From: Bacteroidota bacterium
Lineage (GTDB): Bacteria; Bacteroidota; Bacteroidia; JABEUT01
Length of the DNA stretch: 64,000 bases
Reading direction: 5' to 3'
NCBI GenBank assembly: GCA_013289475.1
Contig: JABCZW010000005.1
Location: forward strand, 18,081-82,080
Of the stretch, positions 1 through 8,207 are shown piece by piece. Positions within the stretch are counted from its first letter, which is position 1. The number at the start of each line of letters is the position of its first letter. The translations under genes were made by a program, and so were the position numbers. Under the pieces are notes generated by a model. The model made no database searches. It worked only from the letters and a program-made list of their open reading frames with translations, and was not told the DNA's origin.

Positions 1-2
1 AT

Positions 3-143
3 AGAATAGGTATACGCATTATGGTAGACTTTGCAGTTAAAATTATGGGAGTGCCTTCGCCCGTAAAAATGTTTGCCAATGAGGAAAAAGCTATGAAATG
101 GCTGCTTACTTTCAAGAAAATAAATGAACATGTGACAATATGA
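3..143 (+). CDS. 3' end of a STAS/SEC14 (SpoIIAA-like) small protein, truncated by the window edge
   Basis: Manual translation RIGIRIMVDFAVKIMGVPSPVKMFANEEKAMKWLLTFKKINEHVTI*. It has the same F-x-x-E/Q-x-x-A-x-K-W-L-L ending as the next two ORFs, and its stop overlaps the next start (ATGA at 140-143). Confidence 0.75.
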   Translation, partial: RIGIRIMVDFAVKIMGVPSPVKMFANEEKAMKWLLTFKKINEHVTI

Positions 144-547
144 CGGCATCCCGTAAAATAATACCATCTCAGCAAATTGTAACCAGTGCCCATAAAATAA
201 GCCGCGAAGCAAATGGTATTATAAAGCGCCAGGTAATTGAAGATGCCCATGTTGACGTAAATGAAATTGATGAATGTGAGAAGATGTCGTTAAAGCTTAA
301 TAACGGTAAAAAGATGCTGGTGCTTGTTGATGCCAGCAAATTCCACACACTTACACCCGAGGCTACCAATTTCCTGAGAAAGATCCAATCCAAATCGCGT
401 ATTGCAACTGCTATTGTATCGAGCAACCTGAGCCAGAAAATTATTGCAAATTTCATGAATGATAAGTCAGGAAAAACGCCTATAAAAACATTTTCTACTG
501 AAAATGAAGCCGTTAAGTGGCTGCTTTCACTCAAACGCAAGGTTTAA
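140..547 (+). CDS. STAS/SEC14 (SpoIIAA-like, probably DUF7793-type) small protein
   Basis: 135 aa with LVLVDAS, RIATAIV and C-terminal TFSTENEAVKWLL; paralog of 589..969. Confidence 0.75.
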   Translation: MTASRKIIPSQQIVTSAHKISREANGIIKRQVIEDAHVDVNEIDECEKMSLKLNNGKKMLVLVDASKFHTLTPEATNFLRKIQSKSRIATAIVSSNLSQKIIANFMNDKSGKTPIKTFSTENEAVKWLLSLKRKV

Positions 548-588
548 TCTAACCCGTTTTAGAAGAAATATTACCTTCGCGTATCTTT

Positions 589-969
589 ATGAAGAAAATA
601 CGCACGAAGACCGATGAGGTATCTATTGACGAACATGGAATTATACATAAAAAAGTAATAGAAGGCGTACACATTTGCCGCGAAGAGGTACTGGAAACAG
701 AAGAAGCATGTGCAAAACTCAGCGGACAAGATAAATACCTGGTACTGGTAGATGCTACCGCACTGCATACCATGACACCAGAAGGTGCAGAAGCACTAAA
801 GAATACACTCGATACAAAACGCATTGCAACTGCCATACTTTCTGATAAACTTGGCATACGTATACTGTTCAGCTACCTGTCGAACCGCGAAAATGCAAGC
901 GCCCCGCTTGAGTTATTTAACGACCAGGATGAAGCTATAAAATGGTTGCTGCAGTTTAAAAAGAACTGA
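589..969 (+). CDS. STAS/SEC14 (SpoIIAA-like, probably DUF7793-type) small protein
   Basis: 126 aa with LVLVDAT, RIATAIL and LFNDQDEAIKWLL; paralog of 140..547. Confidence 0.75.
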   Translation: MKKIRTKTDEVSIDEHGIIHKKVIEGVHICREEVLETEEACAKLSGQDKYLVLVDATALHTMTPEGAEALKNTLDTKRIATAILSDKLGIRILFSYLSNRENASAPLELFNDQDEAIKWLLQFKKN

Positions 970-980
970 ATTACGTGAAT

Positions 981-1008
981 AAAAAAAGTCCCGCATTTCT
1001 GCAGGACT
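981..1008 (-). terminator. Intrinsic terminator between convergent genes
   Basis: Minus strand reads AGTCCTGCA-GAAA-TGCGGGACT followed by a T run. Confidence 0.8.
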
Positions 1009-1030
1009 CTTACAATAATTAAAAATTTTA

Positions 1031-1318
1031 TTACTTAACTGCCTTTTCGGTTTTGCCTTTGGTTGCAGTCTTTTTAGCAGGTGCAGCTTTAGGTGTACTT
1101 TCTGTTTTAGCAGCCTTGGTTTCGGTTTTCTTTTCACCGGCAGGCTTATTCTCTTTGTAACGCTTATCAGGTGTGCCATCTTTTTTCAGGTGCTGGGTAG
1201 ATGCAGGGGCCTGTTTTGCAGGAGCCTCTTTCTTGGCAGCCTTATCTTGTGCGTTAACTAAACCGGCGCCAAAGCCCATCATTAATAATGCAATAAATGC
1301 AACTTTAATCTTTTTCAT
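1031..1318 (-). CDS. Small secreted Lys/Ala-rich protein with LKKDGTPDKRYK motif
   Basis: Signal peptide MKKIKVAFIALLMMGFGAGLVNA-Q and a basic low-complexity mature part; TATTTTTG -7 motif upstream on the minus strand near 1354-1361. Confidence 0.8.
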   Translation of the reverse strand: MKKIKVAFIALLMMGFGAGLVNAQDKAAKKEAPAKQAPASTQHLKKDGTPDKRYKENKPAGEKKTETKAAKTESTPKAAPAKKTATKGKTEKAVK

Positions 1319-1558
1319 GTTGGTTATAATTGTTGGTTATTTGTTTAATAGTACAAAAATACTATGTTTTTACTTACCACTATTCTGTAAGTATGCATAA
1401 TAATACCGATTATTGGATCAAACACCAAAATATTTAGCCTGCCCACCTATTATTTAACAGTGTTAACCGAATAATGGTAAAAGTCGCATCGGGCAAGGTT
1501 TAGCTTTGTTTCCAGATAGTAATGTATCAGGCCCGATAACAATCTAAATCTGAATAAC

Positions 1559-2188
1559 ATGAAAACCAATTTGAAAATATCAGCAATAGCCTTTCTGGGA
1601 GCAATTGCACTTTCTATTCTTCCAAAAGATCAAAAGGCACAATCGTCTACTACCGGTATTACTTTAGGTGCAACCACCACATCGGTAAATATTTCAAACA
1701 CTGGCAATGCGTTTACCAACACTATTAAAGGGAACAATATTACCGGGTTTGAAGCGGGCTTATTTGAAAGGTTCAATTTAGGCCCCGTTTTTATAAAACC
1801 AACATTACTGGTTGGCTATAAAGGCGGAACTGCTACCTATTATAATAATGATGGTAGCGTTAACAGCTCAAAATTCGATTATGGAAACATCGAATTCCCT
1901 CTCCTCTTCGGATTAAGGATACTTGGCCCGATTCGTATAGAAGCAGGCCCGGTTTATAACTGGATTTATATGACCCAATATAACGAAGATAACTCGATAA
2001 AGGTCGATCCTTCGGGATTGGGCTACCGGGTTGGTGCCAACGTAGAACTTGGCCCAATAAACCTGGGCATGGCTTACCAGGGTCTCACTTATAATCCCGA
2101 TGGAAGCACTTCTACTACATTTAAGTCTCCTAACGAGTTAATATTTAGTGTGGCACTTTGCTTTCCGAACGGAGGAAGCGATAAATAG
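1559..2188 (+). CDS. Outer-membrane beta-barrel protein (OMP_b-brl_2 / PorT-like porin family)
   Basis: Signal peptide and alternating beta-strand motifs GFEAGLF, IEFPLLFG, IEAGP, GYRVGANV; TAGCTTTG -7 motif at 1501. Confidence 0.75.
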   Translation: MKTNLKISAIAFLGAIALSILPKDQKAQSSTTGITLGATTTSVNISNTGNAFTNTIKGNNITGFEAGLFERFNLGPVFIKPTLLVGYKGGTATYYNNDGSVNSSKFDYGNIEFPLLFGLRILGPIRIEAGPVYNWIYMTQYNEDNSIKVDPSGLGYRVGANVELGPINLGMAYQGLTYNPDGSTSTTFKSPNELIFSVALCFPNGGSDK

Positions 2189-2207
2189 CGAACTTGCTCT
2201 TTTCAGT

Positions 2208-2242
2208 AAAAAGCATCCTGCAGAATTGCGGGGTGCTTTTTT
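2208..2242. terminator. Bidirectional intrinsic terminator
   Basis: AAAAAGCATCCTGCA-GAAT-TGCGGGGTGCTTTTT between convergent genes. Confidence 0.8.
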
Positions 2243-3554
2243 ATAATACAATAAACTTACCTGTGGCTATTTTTTCATTTGCGGGGCCAAGTACACGGTA
2301 AAAATATACACCCTGTGCGCAACCGTTAATGGCAATTTCGGTGCTGTGGCCATTCAACCCAAATTCATAAACATTTTGCCCCATTACATTATATATTTCA
2401 ATTTTACTATTGGCATTTATACTTTCCGACGTAACCATAAAGGTGCCATAATTGGGATTGGGAGTTATTTGTACATTATAGCCATACGTAACATCGGGTA
2501 TAATGGTAGAATTATATTTAGCAACATAATTACCCGGGCTGGTAAAGCCACCACCTACGTACAAATCTCCTTTAAAAGGAGCCAGTGCAAAAACTTCGTT
2601 ATTTACTCCACTGCCTAATGCTGACCAATTGGTATCGTTCCAGCAAGCAATATTATTCGCCGGCTTCCCTCCTGCACTATCAAATAATCCGCCAATATAT
2701 AATGCACCCCTATAAACAGTTAGGGCATTTACCGGCCCACTTGTGCCTATCCCTACTGCATCTATAATACTATCTCCGTCACACACGGCAATATTATTAG
2801 CGGGCTTGTGATTCGCCGAATCGAATGTGCCGCCTATATATAAATTGTTATTATAAATTGCCAGGCATTCCGCATTTGTTATATTATAATTATCAGGAAA
2901 CACGGCAATTTGCTTCCATTTCTTGGTAGAAGCAATATATTCATATAAATATCCTACCACAGTACCGCTCATAAAAACAGAACCCCGTTTTAAGTTACCA
3001 CTTGCAGCCACGTACAAATTTCCTTTGAATACTGTCATTGCATTTACTGAATACAAACTAAACGGTGCGCCAATTCCTGGAGACCACTTTTTACCTGTCC
3101 ATAAGCCTATTCCTCCTAAATAATTATTTTCAACGCATAGGCTATTGTGAAATGTATCAATTGCGTAAACACTGTTTTTCATGCCTTGCTGCAGAGGAAA
3201 CCATTGCTTACCGCTCCATCCTGCAATATTGGCTGCAGAATACCCTCCGGCGTTGCTAAAATAACCTCCGGCATACAAACTATCTTTATAAACACTCATT
3301 GCATAAACATCACCATTAATACCACTCCCAAGTGCCTTCCAAGTATTCCCATCCCATTGTGCAATATGGTTACCGGGGCCAATAAAAGTACCTCCTGCAT
3401 AAAGCACCGAATCGAATGGACATAATGAATACACATACCCGCCATAGGCCCCGTCTCCGACTGACGACCATGTTTGTGCATTAAGTTTATTAAAAGAAAA
3501 AAATAATGTAAGCGGAAGAATTAGGTAAAGCAGTCTTCTAAATAACCTAATCAT
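2241..3554 (-). CDS. Secreted beta-propeller repeat protein with T9SS type-A C-terminal domain
   Basis: Signal peptide; repeats of W-x3-W-x2-LGSG-x-NG-x-V-x-A and LY-x-GG-x-F; C-terminal TPNPNYG...IYNVMGQ...GVYFYRV...KFIVL. Confidence 0.85.
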   Translation of the reverse strand: MIRLFRRLLYLILPLTLFFSFNKLNAQTWSSVGDGAYGGYVYSLCPFDSVLYAGGTFIGPGNHIAQWDGNTWKALGSGINGDVYAMSVYKDSLYAGGYFSNAGGYSAANIAGWSGKQWFPLQQGMKNSVYAIDTFHNSLCVENNYLGGIGLWTGKKWSPGIGAPFSLYSVNAMTVFKGNLYVAASGNLKRGSVFMSGTVVGYLYEYIASTKKWKQIAVFPDNYNITNAECLAIYNNNLYIGGTFDSANHKPANNIAVCDGDSIIDAVGIGTSGPVNALTVYRGALYIGGLFDSAGGKPANNIACWNDTNWSALGSGVNNEVFALAPFKGDLYVGGGFTSPGNYVAKYNSTIIPDVTYGYNVQITPNPNYGTFMVTSESINANSKIEIYNVMGQNVYEFGLNGHSTEIAINGCAQGVYFYRVLGPANEKIATGKFIVL

Positions 3555-3650
3555 ATAGCGGTTTTAATGAAACGTAAATCTACTAATAATCTTTACATAA
3601 AAGAAATTCACAGGGTTTTGCTTATGTTTGTGCATAGAAATTACTCTTCT

Positions 3651-5006
3651 ATGACAAAGCTACAACTGTTATTAGTTGTGATGATTATCTCCTCACTGGC
3701 ATCTTCGGCACAGTTTGATTGGCAGGCATTGCCATCAGCACCCACATCACCTTATCGTTTTGATGACATTTATTTTTTAAATCCTAAAATAGGATGGGCT
3801 GTTAAACCCATTGCTGCGCCGGTTATTAATTTAGGCCAAATATGGGAAACCAGAGACGGCGGCATGAACTGGAAACTGAATCACGATAGCTCACAAACTT
3901 ATTATCGTTGCGTAGGCTTTGCCGATTCGCTCAATGGCTGGATTGGAAACCTTGCTGATACTACAATATCTAATGATACTATTCCACTTTACTCAACACA
4001 CGACGGGGGTAAAACACTACAACCCATTAACCTGCCATATCCAAGGCCAAAAGGTATTTGTGGTATTTCGGTAGTAACAGATTCGGTGGTATATGCTTAC
4101 GGGAGATATTACGGTCCGCCGGTTTTAGCCATGACTAAAGATAAAGGCAAAACCTGGGTAACTAAAGACATGAGCCCTTATGCCTCAGTAGGATTGATTG
4201 ACGGTTGGTTCTGGAGTAAAGATACCGGCTTTATAACCGGGCAAAACGGAGCCAACTCAGTTATACTGCATACGGTTGACGGAGGTAATACATGGCAAAC
4301 AGTTTACCAGGCTACACGCGGTGATACTGACCATGTGTGGAAAATATTTTTCCCGAGCCGAAATATTGGCTACGGAAGTATTGAATACACAGGTAAATTG
4401 CAAGGGTATCAAACAACTTATAAAACTTACTTTACATGTACTACCGATGGCGGCAAAACCTGGGTCGAAAAGCCTTTTATTACCGGGTACGATGAAGAAG
4501 GCTGTGGCTTTATAAATGATTCTACCGGCTGGATCGGTGGCTGGTCGGGTATGAATTACATAACAACTAACTGGGGAAATACATGGAAAATTGACAGTAG
4601 TTTTGCATTTCAAACACTGGGCCAATATTCCCCAGAACCTTATGTTAACCGCTTCAGGCGCTTTGGTGATACAATTATGTATGCAGGCGGAAATACAATT
4701 TATAAACTTGATACACGCATTACAGGTATTAGTGAACTAAAAAACACAAATGCATTTGTAAGCAATTACCCAAACCCATTTACCGATAAAACTACCATTA
4801 CCTATATTTTACAGCGCCCCTGCCGCAATGTGATGATTGATATATACAACGCACAAGGGCAAAAAGTATCATCAAAAAACCTGGGCTTTAAAAATGTAGG
4901 GCAGAACAATTATGTTTTTAACGAAGACCTTCCTGCTGGTATCTACTATTACACCATTACAACTTCCGACATAAAAATGAGCAAAAAAATGATCATTATA
5001 AAATAA
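3651..5006 (+). CDS. YCF48/BNR-repeat (Asp-box) beta-propeller with T9SS type-A CTD
   Basis: Repeated T-x-DGG-x-TW boxes and CTD YPNPF...IYNAQGQ...GIYYY...KKMIIIK. Start moved from 3567 to ATG 3651 because a signal peptide begins there and a TATGTTTG -7 motif lies at 3623-3630. Confidence 0.85.
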   Translation: MTKLQLLLVVMIISSLASSAQFDWQALPSAPTSPYRFDDIYFLNPKIGWAVKPIAAPVINLGQIWETRDGGMNWKLNHDSSQTYYRCVGFADSLNGWIGNLADTTISNDTIPLYSTHDGGKTLQPINLPYPRPKGICGISVVTDSVVYAYGRYYGPPVLAMTKDKGKTWVTKDMSPYASVGLIDGWFWSKDTGFITGQNGANSVILHTVDGGNTWQTVYQATRGDTDHVWKIFFPSRNIGYGSIEYTGKLQGYQTTYKTYFTCTTDGGKTWVEKPFITGYDEEGCGFINDSTGWIGGWSGMNYITTNWGNTWKIDSSFAFQTLGQYSPEPYVNRFRRFGDTIMYAGGNTIYKLDTRITGISELKNTNAFVSNYPNPFTDKTTITYILQRPCRNVMIDIYNAQGQKVSSKNLGFKNVGQNNYVFNEDLPAGIYYYTITTSDIKMSKKMIIIK

Positions 5007-5017
5007 AAACCATAAGT

Positions 5018-5488
5018 ATGAAAACACTTTGCCTTACCTTTTTATTTAGCCTGAGTTTTATATATACAAATGCTCAGGAACAACTGCAGACTGTACCTCA
5101 TCGTAATGACGAAACGGCCCATTATGCAAAGCCACGCATCTATTCTTCAAGACCATACCAGGCCTCCGACAGCAATTACATTTTTACTGTTGCAGAGCAA
5201 ATGCCCAAATACCCCGGCGACCTTTATAAGTTTTTAGCAGACAGCATAAAATATCCTGAAAAAGAAAGAGAAAAGAACATAACCGGCACTGTTTACGCAA
5301 CTTTTGTAATTGAAAAAGACGGTAGTGTTAGCGGCATAAAGGTATTACGCGGTGTTCCGGGAGGGCCCGGGCTCGATGCAGAAGCTGTGCGTGTATTATC
5401 CATGATGAAAAAATGGACTCCGGGAATGCAAAACGGGGTACCGGTAAGGGTGCAGTATACTATTCCTATAAGGTTCCAGTTGCAATAA
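5018..5488 (+). CDS. tonB: Energy transducer TonB C-terminal domain protein
   Basis: EQMPKYPG...IKYP...GTVYATFVIEKDGSV...LDAEAVRVL...WTPGMQNGVPVRVQYTIPIRF, typical of Bacteroidota TonB_C. Confidence 0.85.
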   Translation: MKTLCLTFLFSLSFIYTNAQEQLQTVPHRNDETAHYAKPRIYSSRPYQASDSNYIFTVAEQMPKYPGDLYKFLADSIKYPEKEREKNITGTVYATFVIEKDGSVSGIKVLRGVPGGPGLDAEAVRVLSMMKKWTPGMQNGVPVRVQYTIPIRFQLQ

Positions 5489-5489
5489 T

Positions 5490-5681
5490 TTATTTCAATT
5501 CGCTTTTTAGTTCCGCCACTTCTTCCTCTACCCTTTTTATTTCCATTTTAAAACGCCTGTTCCAATAGGCTTTATTGTAAAATAGTTTAATGCCTTTTTT
5601 ATCGTACACAAACTTGGCTACGTTAAATTGCTCATAGGCGGTATATAACCATTGCAAATAGCTTTCTGAATCCTTCCACAT
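5490..5681 (-). CDS. Hypothetical phage-module protein
   Basis: 63 aa, last ORF of the leftward run, with a charged coiled-coil-like C-terminus. Confidence 0.5.
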   Translation of the reverse strand: MWKDSESYLQWLYTAYEQFNVAKFVYDKKGIKLFYNKAYWNRRFKMEIKRVEEEVAELKSELK

Positions 5682-5742
5682 TTCTAACCTTTTTAAAAAT
5701 CACCTTGTTTATCATTTCCACCCCCAATTATGGACTCTTTAA

Positions 5743-6384
5743 TTATTTACTTAACACCTGTAGTATAGCTTTCGGGTATTTTTCCCTGAAATACTTTATA
5801 ACCGCTTCCTTTTTTTCTCCGGCAGAAGCCTGTAACTTCATACCTGCCACTACCTGGCACAAATAATCATACACTTCATCCCATGCCCAAAAGGCCGGAA
5901 TTACACTACATTCCTCAATAACTTTCACCAATCTTTTATAATATGCTTCAGGCGTGCATTTAGGAACATCCTCAACACGCTTTTTTAATTCGTATCGGTG
6001 CTTAACACCATTTAACTTTTGCAGGTACGCACGAATTACGTTGCTCAAATACATGGGCGAAATATTATTATAATGCTCCTGTGCATCTGTTCCCAGCTCA
6101 CCGGCTGCAACAAGTTCAAATGCCTGCCCCACCTGCTTATTGGTTAGCGCGCCGTGATCTTTACGAAGGAAGGAAATGAGCACCATCTTCTTATCTTCGC
6201 CCGGCGGCCGTTCAATGCCCACCATTAGACAGCAATAGGCAAGCATTTGTTTTAGCTCGCTGTCGTTGCAATCATATATCTTCTTCCCTTCAGTATTCTG
6301 CAAAAGAGACCGCTCTGTGGTGCTGAACCTTTTAAGTATGCTGCTATCAGCAAGTTGAATCAGCATTTGTGCTATTCCAGCCAT
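5743..6384 (-). CDS. Phage protein downstream of the replication initiator (possible helicase loader, by position only)
   Basis: 213 aa; start overlaps the initiator stop by 13 nt, an O-P-like arrangement; contains LTNKQVGQAFEL..GEL..EHY. Confidence 0.6.
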   Translation of the reverse strand: MAGIAQMLIQLADSSILKRFSTTERSLLQNTEGKKIYDCNDSELKQMLAYCCLMVGIERPPGEDKKMVLISFLRKDHGALTNKQVGQAFELVAAGELGTDAQEHYNNISPMYLSNVIRAYLQKLNGVKHRYELKKRVEDVPKCTPEAYYKRLVKVIEECSVIPAFWAWDEVYDYLCQVVAGMKLQASAGEKKEAVIKYFREKYPKAILQVLSK

Positions 6385-7013
6385 TGTTCAGTTAGTGTTT
6401 TATATTGTTTATTTTTCGAGAACTTATTTCTATTTAAAAACCAGTTGGTAACCGATGCTTTCCAATTCACCACTTTATTGCCCCGGCTGGTGGTCCAGTT
6501 TGTACCGGTATAGAATGCCATAAACTTCAGTGTCTCATATTCGGCTTCTATAGCAGGCAACCCGCACTCTATAAACTTTGCCTTTACATGTTCAGGTAAA
6601 GGAGGAATTGAGGCCCCTCGAACGTCCGTCATTGCGAGCGGAGCGTGGCAGTCTCCGTTTTTCTCAATACTGAGATTGCTTCGTTCCTCGCAATGACGAA
6701 TGGATTGCTGTTGTTTCTTCCTCCCACCTTTGCCGCCATTATTGCGCCTCGACTTTACAAACTTTTCTCTGTCATTTACTTCTTTCTCCAGTCGGACATT
6801 ATACCAAAAACCATTTTCATCTAACTTAAATTTCGCGCGTAAGGGGTTTGATATATCGCCAACCAACTGCTTTACCATTTCCTCATTAAGCCGTCCATGG
6901 CCATGCATGTAACATAACAGGGTAATATATTTACCCCTGTCATCCATAGGGAGAGTAAGCGTGCCTAAAAGGAAATCTTGCGAATAAAAAAGAAAGGCAG
7001 AAGTCTCTGACAT
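6372..7013 (-). CDS. Phage replication initiator-like protein, DUF1376/YdaU type
   Basis: N-terminal AFLFYSQDFLLGT...RGKYITLLCY, then RLEKEV, a basic RRNNGGKGGRKK segment and C-terminal F..FY...NW...NWKASVTNW. Start placed at ATG 7013 because the upstream extension runs through an intergenic repeat. Confidence 0.75.
   Translation of the reverse strand: MSETSAFLFYSQDFLLGTLTLPMDDRGKYITLLCYMHGHGRLNEEMVKQLVGDISNPLRAKFKLDENGFWYNVRLEKEVNDREKFVKSRRNNGGKGGRKKQQQSIRHCEERSNLSIEKNGDCHAPLAMTDVRGASIPPLPEHVKAKFIECGLPAIEAEYETLKFMAFYTGTNWTTSRGNKVVNWKASVTNWFLNRNKFSKNKQYKTLTEQWLE
6627..6698. repeat. 72-bp palindromic (REP/MITE-like) element inside a CDS
   Basis: Perfect 12-bp terminal inverted repeats CGTCATTGCGAG / CTCGCAATGACG that extend imperfectly inward; encodes RHCEERSNL...DCHAPLAMT in frame. 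Confidence 0.85.
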
Positions 7014-7028
7014 AATTATGAATAGATT

Positions 7029-7144
7029 AATTTGATAATTCGACCATTTGATGATTTGATAATGGCAGAAAACACCGTAGGTTCTAAGCAATAATAGAAT
7101 TCACAAATAATTATCATATTATCAAATCTGCACATCATCAAATT
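7029..7144. repeat. Imperfect inverted repeat built from 8-nt units
   Basis: Arm 7029-7063 (units ATTTGATA, ATTCGACC, ATTTGATG, ATTTGATA) matches the reverse complement of 7110-7144 at 27 of 35 positions by hand alignment. Confidence 0.7.
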
Positions 7145-7598
7145 AATTTAGTTGTACCTGGCACAAAAAATCCTGTATTCCCTGGCGGTAACCTTCATCC
7201 TTTCCTTCCTCAAGCCCCTGCATATAGCCTTCGCCAAAGCCTTTATTATATGATTCCTTAATATCAATTTCAATAACCATTTTTTTAGACTGTGGCAAAC
7301 AGCTTTCCCACCATTTCTGTTCCTTTGTAGTATCCTCTATATTCTCATTTACGTAAAAGAAGCCTTCCGGCAACTTACATTCCATGTCACCCTGGCGCCA
7401 AACAATTAAACCGTTGCGGCTGTCCTTTAATATCTTCTCAGTATCGCCATTCTCAGATAAAGCGTCGTCGAAGAAACTAACAGGATAATGCCTGAACAGG
7501 TAAAGAGCCAACTGCCTCGATGCGTCTTCCTTCCTGCATTCGTATCCTGTTACTTTATAAGTACCATCGGCCTTTTTCAAAAAAACACTGTATTTCAT
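7143..7598 (-). CDS. Hypothetical phage-module protein with C-terminal GxxxG repeats
   Basis: 151 aa ending KGFGEGYMQGLEEGKDEGYRQG. Confidence 0.65.
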   Translation of the reverse strand: MKYSVFLKKADGTYKVTGYECRKEDASRQLALYLFRHYPVSFFDDALSENGDTEKILKDSRNGLIVWRQGDMECKLPEGFFYVNENIEDTTKEQKWWESCLPQSKKMVIEIDIKESYNKGFGEGYMQGLEEGKDEGYRQGIQDFLCQVQLN

Positions 7599-7625
7599 TT
7601 TTAACTTATTTAAATAATTTGTTTA

Positions 7626-7823
7626 CTAATTTGTTTCAATCGATTCTATTATCTCCCTTTCCCAAATGCTGTTGCCACCCGATTTTTTTGCAGCTTCATA
7701 CATTCGTTTTGCAGCTTCTTCGTTTATGGTCAGGGTGCCATCTACAAACTGCCCGTCTTTTTCTATCGAAAAGCGTACCTTCCTGCTTTCGGGGTGTATT
7801 TCTTTTATTAATGATATTGTCAT
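7626..7823 (-). CDS. Hypothetical phage-module protein
   Basis: 65 aa, co-oriented and evenly spaced within the leftward run. Confidence 0.6.
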   Translation of the reverse strand: MTISLIKEIHPESRKVRFSIEKDGQFVDGTLTINEEAAKRMYEAAKKSGGNSIWEREIIESIETN

Positions 7824-7833
7824 AGTGGTGTGG

Positions 7834-7926
7834 TTAAAATTTATTCTTAATGAATAAGGCTATACCCTCTGCTAACAGAGGCAGCAAGAGCATAGCTGCT
7901 ATTATCATAAGCGCTTTTAGTATCAT
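7834..7926 (-). CDS. Small hydrophobic peptide (30 aa), below the ORF-track cut-off
   Basis: Manual translation MILKALMIIAAMLLLPLLAEGIALFIKNKF*; ends 10 nt before the next ATG. Confidence 0.45.
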   Translation of the reverse strand: MILKALMIIAAMLLLPLLAEGIALFIKNKF

Positions 7927-8091
7927 GTTAGTGTTTTGTGGTTTCCGTCCCCTTTTATTGAACTAAATCTGTCAGGCAGAAGCCTGTTGCTTTATAGCAG
8001 CCTGCCGGAACAGTAAAGGGTATATGGTGGTATTGATTTTATTTTTTTTTGCGTACCTGTAATCCGCTAATGTTAATTTTTTATTTAGTGG

Positions 8092-8148
8092 TTTGTTATT
8101 TAATAATATATTTTATATTTGTGCAATAAATTGTTGAATGCAAACATA
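8092..8148. promoter_or_regulatory. Opposed Bacteroidota sigma-A-type promoters for the repressor and the leftward operon
   Basis: TTTG at 8092-8095 plus TATATTTG at 8114-8121 on +; CAAACATA at 8141-8148 reads TATGTTTG on -. Confidence 0.5.
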
Positions 8149-8207
8149 AACATAATATTAAATACTAATAAACATTTTAACTAAATACTTATCAACAACC
8201 CAACTCT

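Noticed and set aside
7014-7091. N-terminal extension of the replication protein given by the ORF track
   Set aside because: It runs through the intergenic octamer repeat; family-like sequence starts at MSETSAFLFY (7013).
8036-8100. Possible cro remnant (NNKPLNKKLTLADYRYAKKK) ending at an A9 run on the minus strand
   Set aside because: No start codon and no recognisable HTH; too short to support.
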